DNA of 63,376 nucleotides, counting the filler, from Octopus bimaculoides (taxonomy: Eukaryota), in the NCBI RefSeq assembly GCF_001194135.2. It is 5 parts of 5 records of this genome, joined end to end, with 100 filler letters (N's around TTAATTAATTAA, not from the genome) between each part and the next. Parts side by side here need not be neighbours in the genome. Positions count along the whole stretch, not along the records: positions 61,156 to 63,376 come from NW_026333625.1; 4 more parts are not named here. The stretch is one strand, 5' to 3'. The translations under genes and the position numbers were made by a program. Positions 63,206 to 63,376 of the stretch are shown here, piece by piece; positions within the stretch are counted from its first letter, which is position 1, and every line of letters starts with the position of its first letter. Under the pieces are notes generated by a model. That model did not search any database. It saw only the letters and a list, made by a program, of their open reading frames with translations, and was not told where the DNA came from.

Positions 63206-63376
63206 CGACCATAAAGTCGGGGTCCAAACATTTGCACTGTGGCCATAAAGTCGGACCAGAAATTGAACACTGGCCATAAAGTCGGGTTTCAAAACATTTG
63301 TACCAATAATTGAGCACTGTCCATGAAGACGGAGACCAAAAATTGGACACTAGCATAAAGTCATGGACCACTAATT
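63206..63376 (+). repeat. 33-34 bp satellite/subrepeat array (right block)
   Basis: The same unit resumes at ccataaagtcggggtccaaacatttgcactg and runs to the window end. Confidence 0.9.

Noticed and set aside
61472-63371. Many overlapping Arg/Pro/Ala-rich ORFs of 90-190 aa
   Set aside because: Expected from low stop-codon frequency in GC-rich repeats; open in several frames with no domain.
19-63376. Hundreds of short ORFs rich in YI/CV/HT/RE dipeptides or X runs
   Set aside because: Translations of (TA)n, (CA)n, (GA)n and (TATG)n microsatellites and N gaps; no coding signal.

Overview
AT-rich eukaryotic DNA, dense in microsatellites and SINEs, with many N gaps. The SINE types, (TA)n/(CA)n load and C2H2 gene style point to an octopus genome (inference). 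Two convergent genes are supported. (1) An uninterrupted + strand ORF (9654-13010, 1118 aa) encodes a C2H2 zinc-finger protein with 20 intact fingers. Their recognition helices alternate QxDY/RxDT, and the N-terminus is built from decayed 28-aa finger relics. (2) Four phase-checked - strand exons (38884 to 27765) are absent from the ORF track as a gene and resemble the C-terminal dsRBD-like and Pro/Gln-rich tail of XRN1. The rest is transposon-derived: mariner, hAT, probable MULE, Penelope and RTE relics, TTAA-flanked and Made1-like MITEs, and many tRNA-type SINEs. The least expected elements are hammerhead-ribozyme motifs: one stand-alone copy and two long fold-back palindromes whose arms each carry a hammerhead-like core. 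Also notable are a tandem array of duplicated 5' splice sites in the XRN1-like gene, and a terminal GC/CpG-rich block inside a 33-34 bp satellite that resembles an rDNA intergenic spacer. All family calls rest on motifs recalled from memory; no database search was run.
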